Shown: positions 63,998-64,000 of the stretch, in pieces | Layout: each line of letters starts with the position of its first letter | Numbering within the stretch: position 1 is the stretch's first letter | Virus record (IMG/VR): IMGVR_UViG_3300037193_001894 | Location: 1-64,000 of that record | Direction: 5' to 3' (one strand) | DNA from: a virus | Length of the DNA stretch: 64,000 nucleotides | Notes under the pieces: generated by a model | What the model was told of the DNA's origin: nothing | Seen by the model: the letters and a program-made list of their open reading frames with translations, nothing else | Databases searched by the model: none | Program-made: the position numbers and the translations under genes

Positions 63998-64000
63998 TGG

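Noticed and set aside
1-64000. tRNA, tmRNA or rRNA genes
   Set aside because: No cloverleaf or rRNA-like segment was recognised in the few intergenic gaps; a tRNAscan-SE or Aragorn run would be needed to exclude them formally.

Overview
Almost the whole window (about 690-64000) is one contiguous, high-GC piece of a large tailed phage. The genes lie almost entirely on the minus strand and are tightly coupled by ATGA/GTGA/TGATG overlaps. The phage has a contractile tail (sheath, tube, baseplate J) and most likely infects an actinobacterium; gene content and order recall the large Bxz1/E3-like actinobacterial myoviruses (inference, no database search was run). In transcription order (right to left) it contains: a tail and baseplate module with a -1 frameshifted tail chaperone and a three-enzyme peptidoglycan-hydrolase hub; receptor-binding genes with an inserted PD-(D/E)XK endonuclease; an SNF2/DinG helicase block; an endolysin-holin cassette; a full replication/recombination set (5'-3' exonuclease, DnaC, DnaB, primase, SSB, DnaE, RecA, Cas4-like nuclease, two resolvases); a sigma-like factor; a papain-like protease; the large terminase; and a large His-rich multi-domain protein. 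The most notable items are (1) that protein, which looks like a chain of up to four ADP-ribosyltransferase-like modules plus a ParB/Srx module joined by similar K-T/Q-A linkers; (2) an exactly spaced motif GCTGTC-N10-TGAG-N6-GAAGGGRTG found three times in front of late genes; (3) an endonuclease that appears to have taken over a tail gene's start codon, leaving an ATC start; and (4) an operator-like palindrome at the replication promoter. The first ~685 bp are a truncated HupE/UreJ-family gene of different composition, joined to the phage at a 12-bp palindrome, and are probably a chimeric junction. Many start codons were moved from the ORF track using SD sequences and gene overlaps. All protein calls come from motif recognition by eye.
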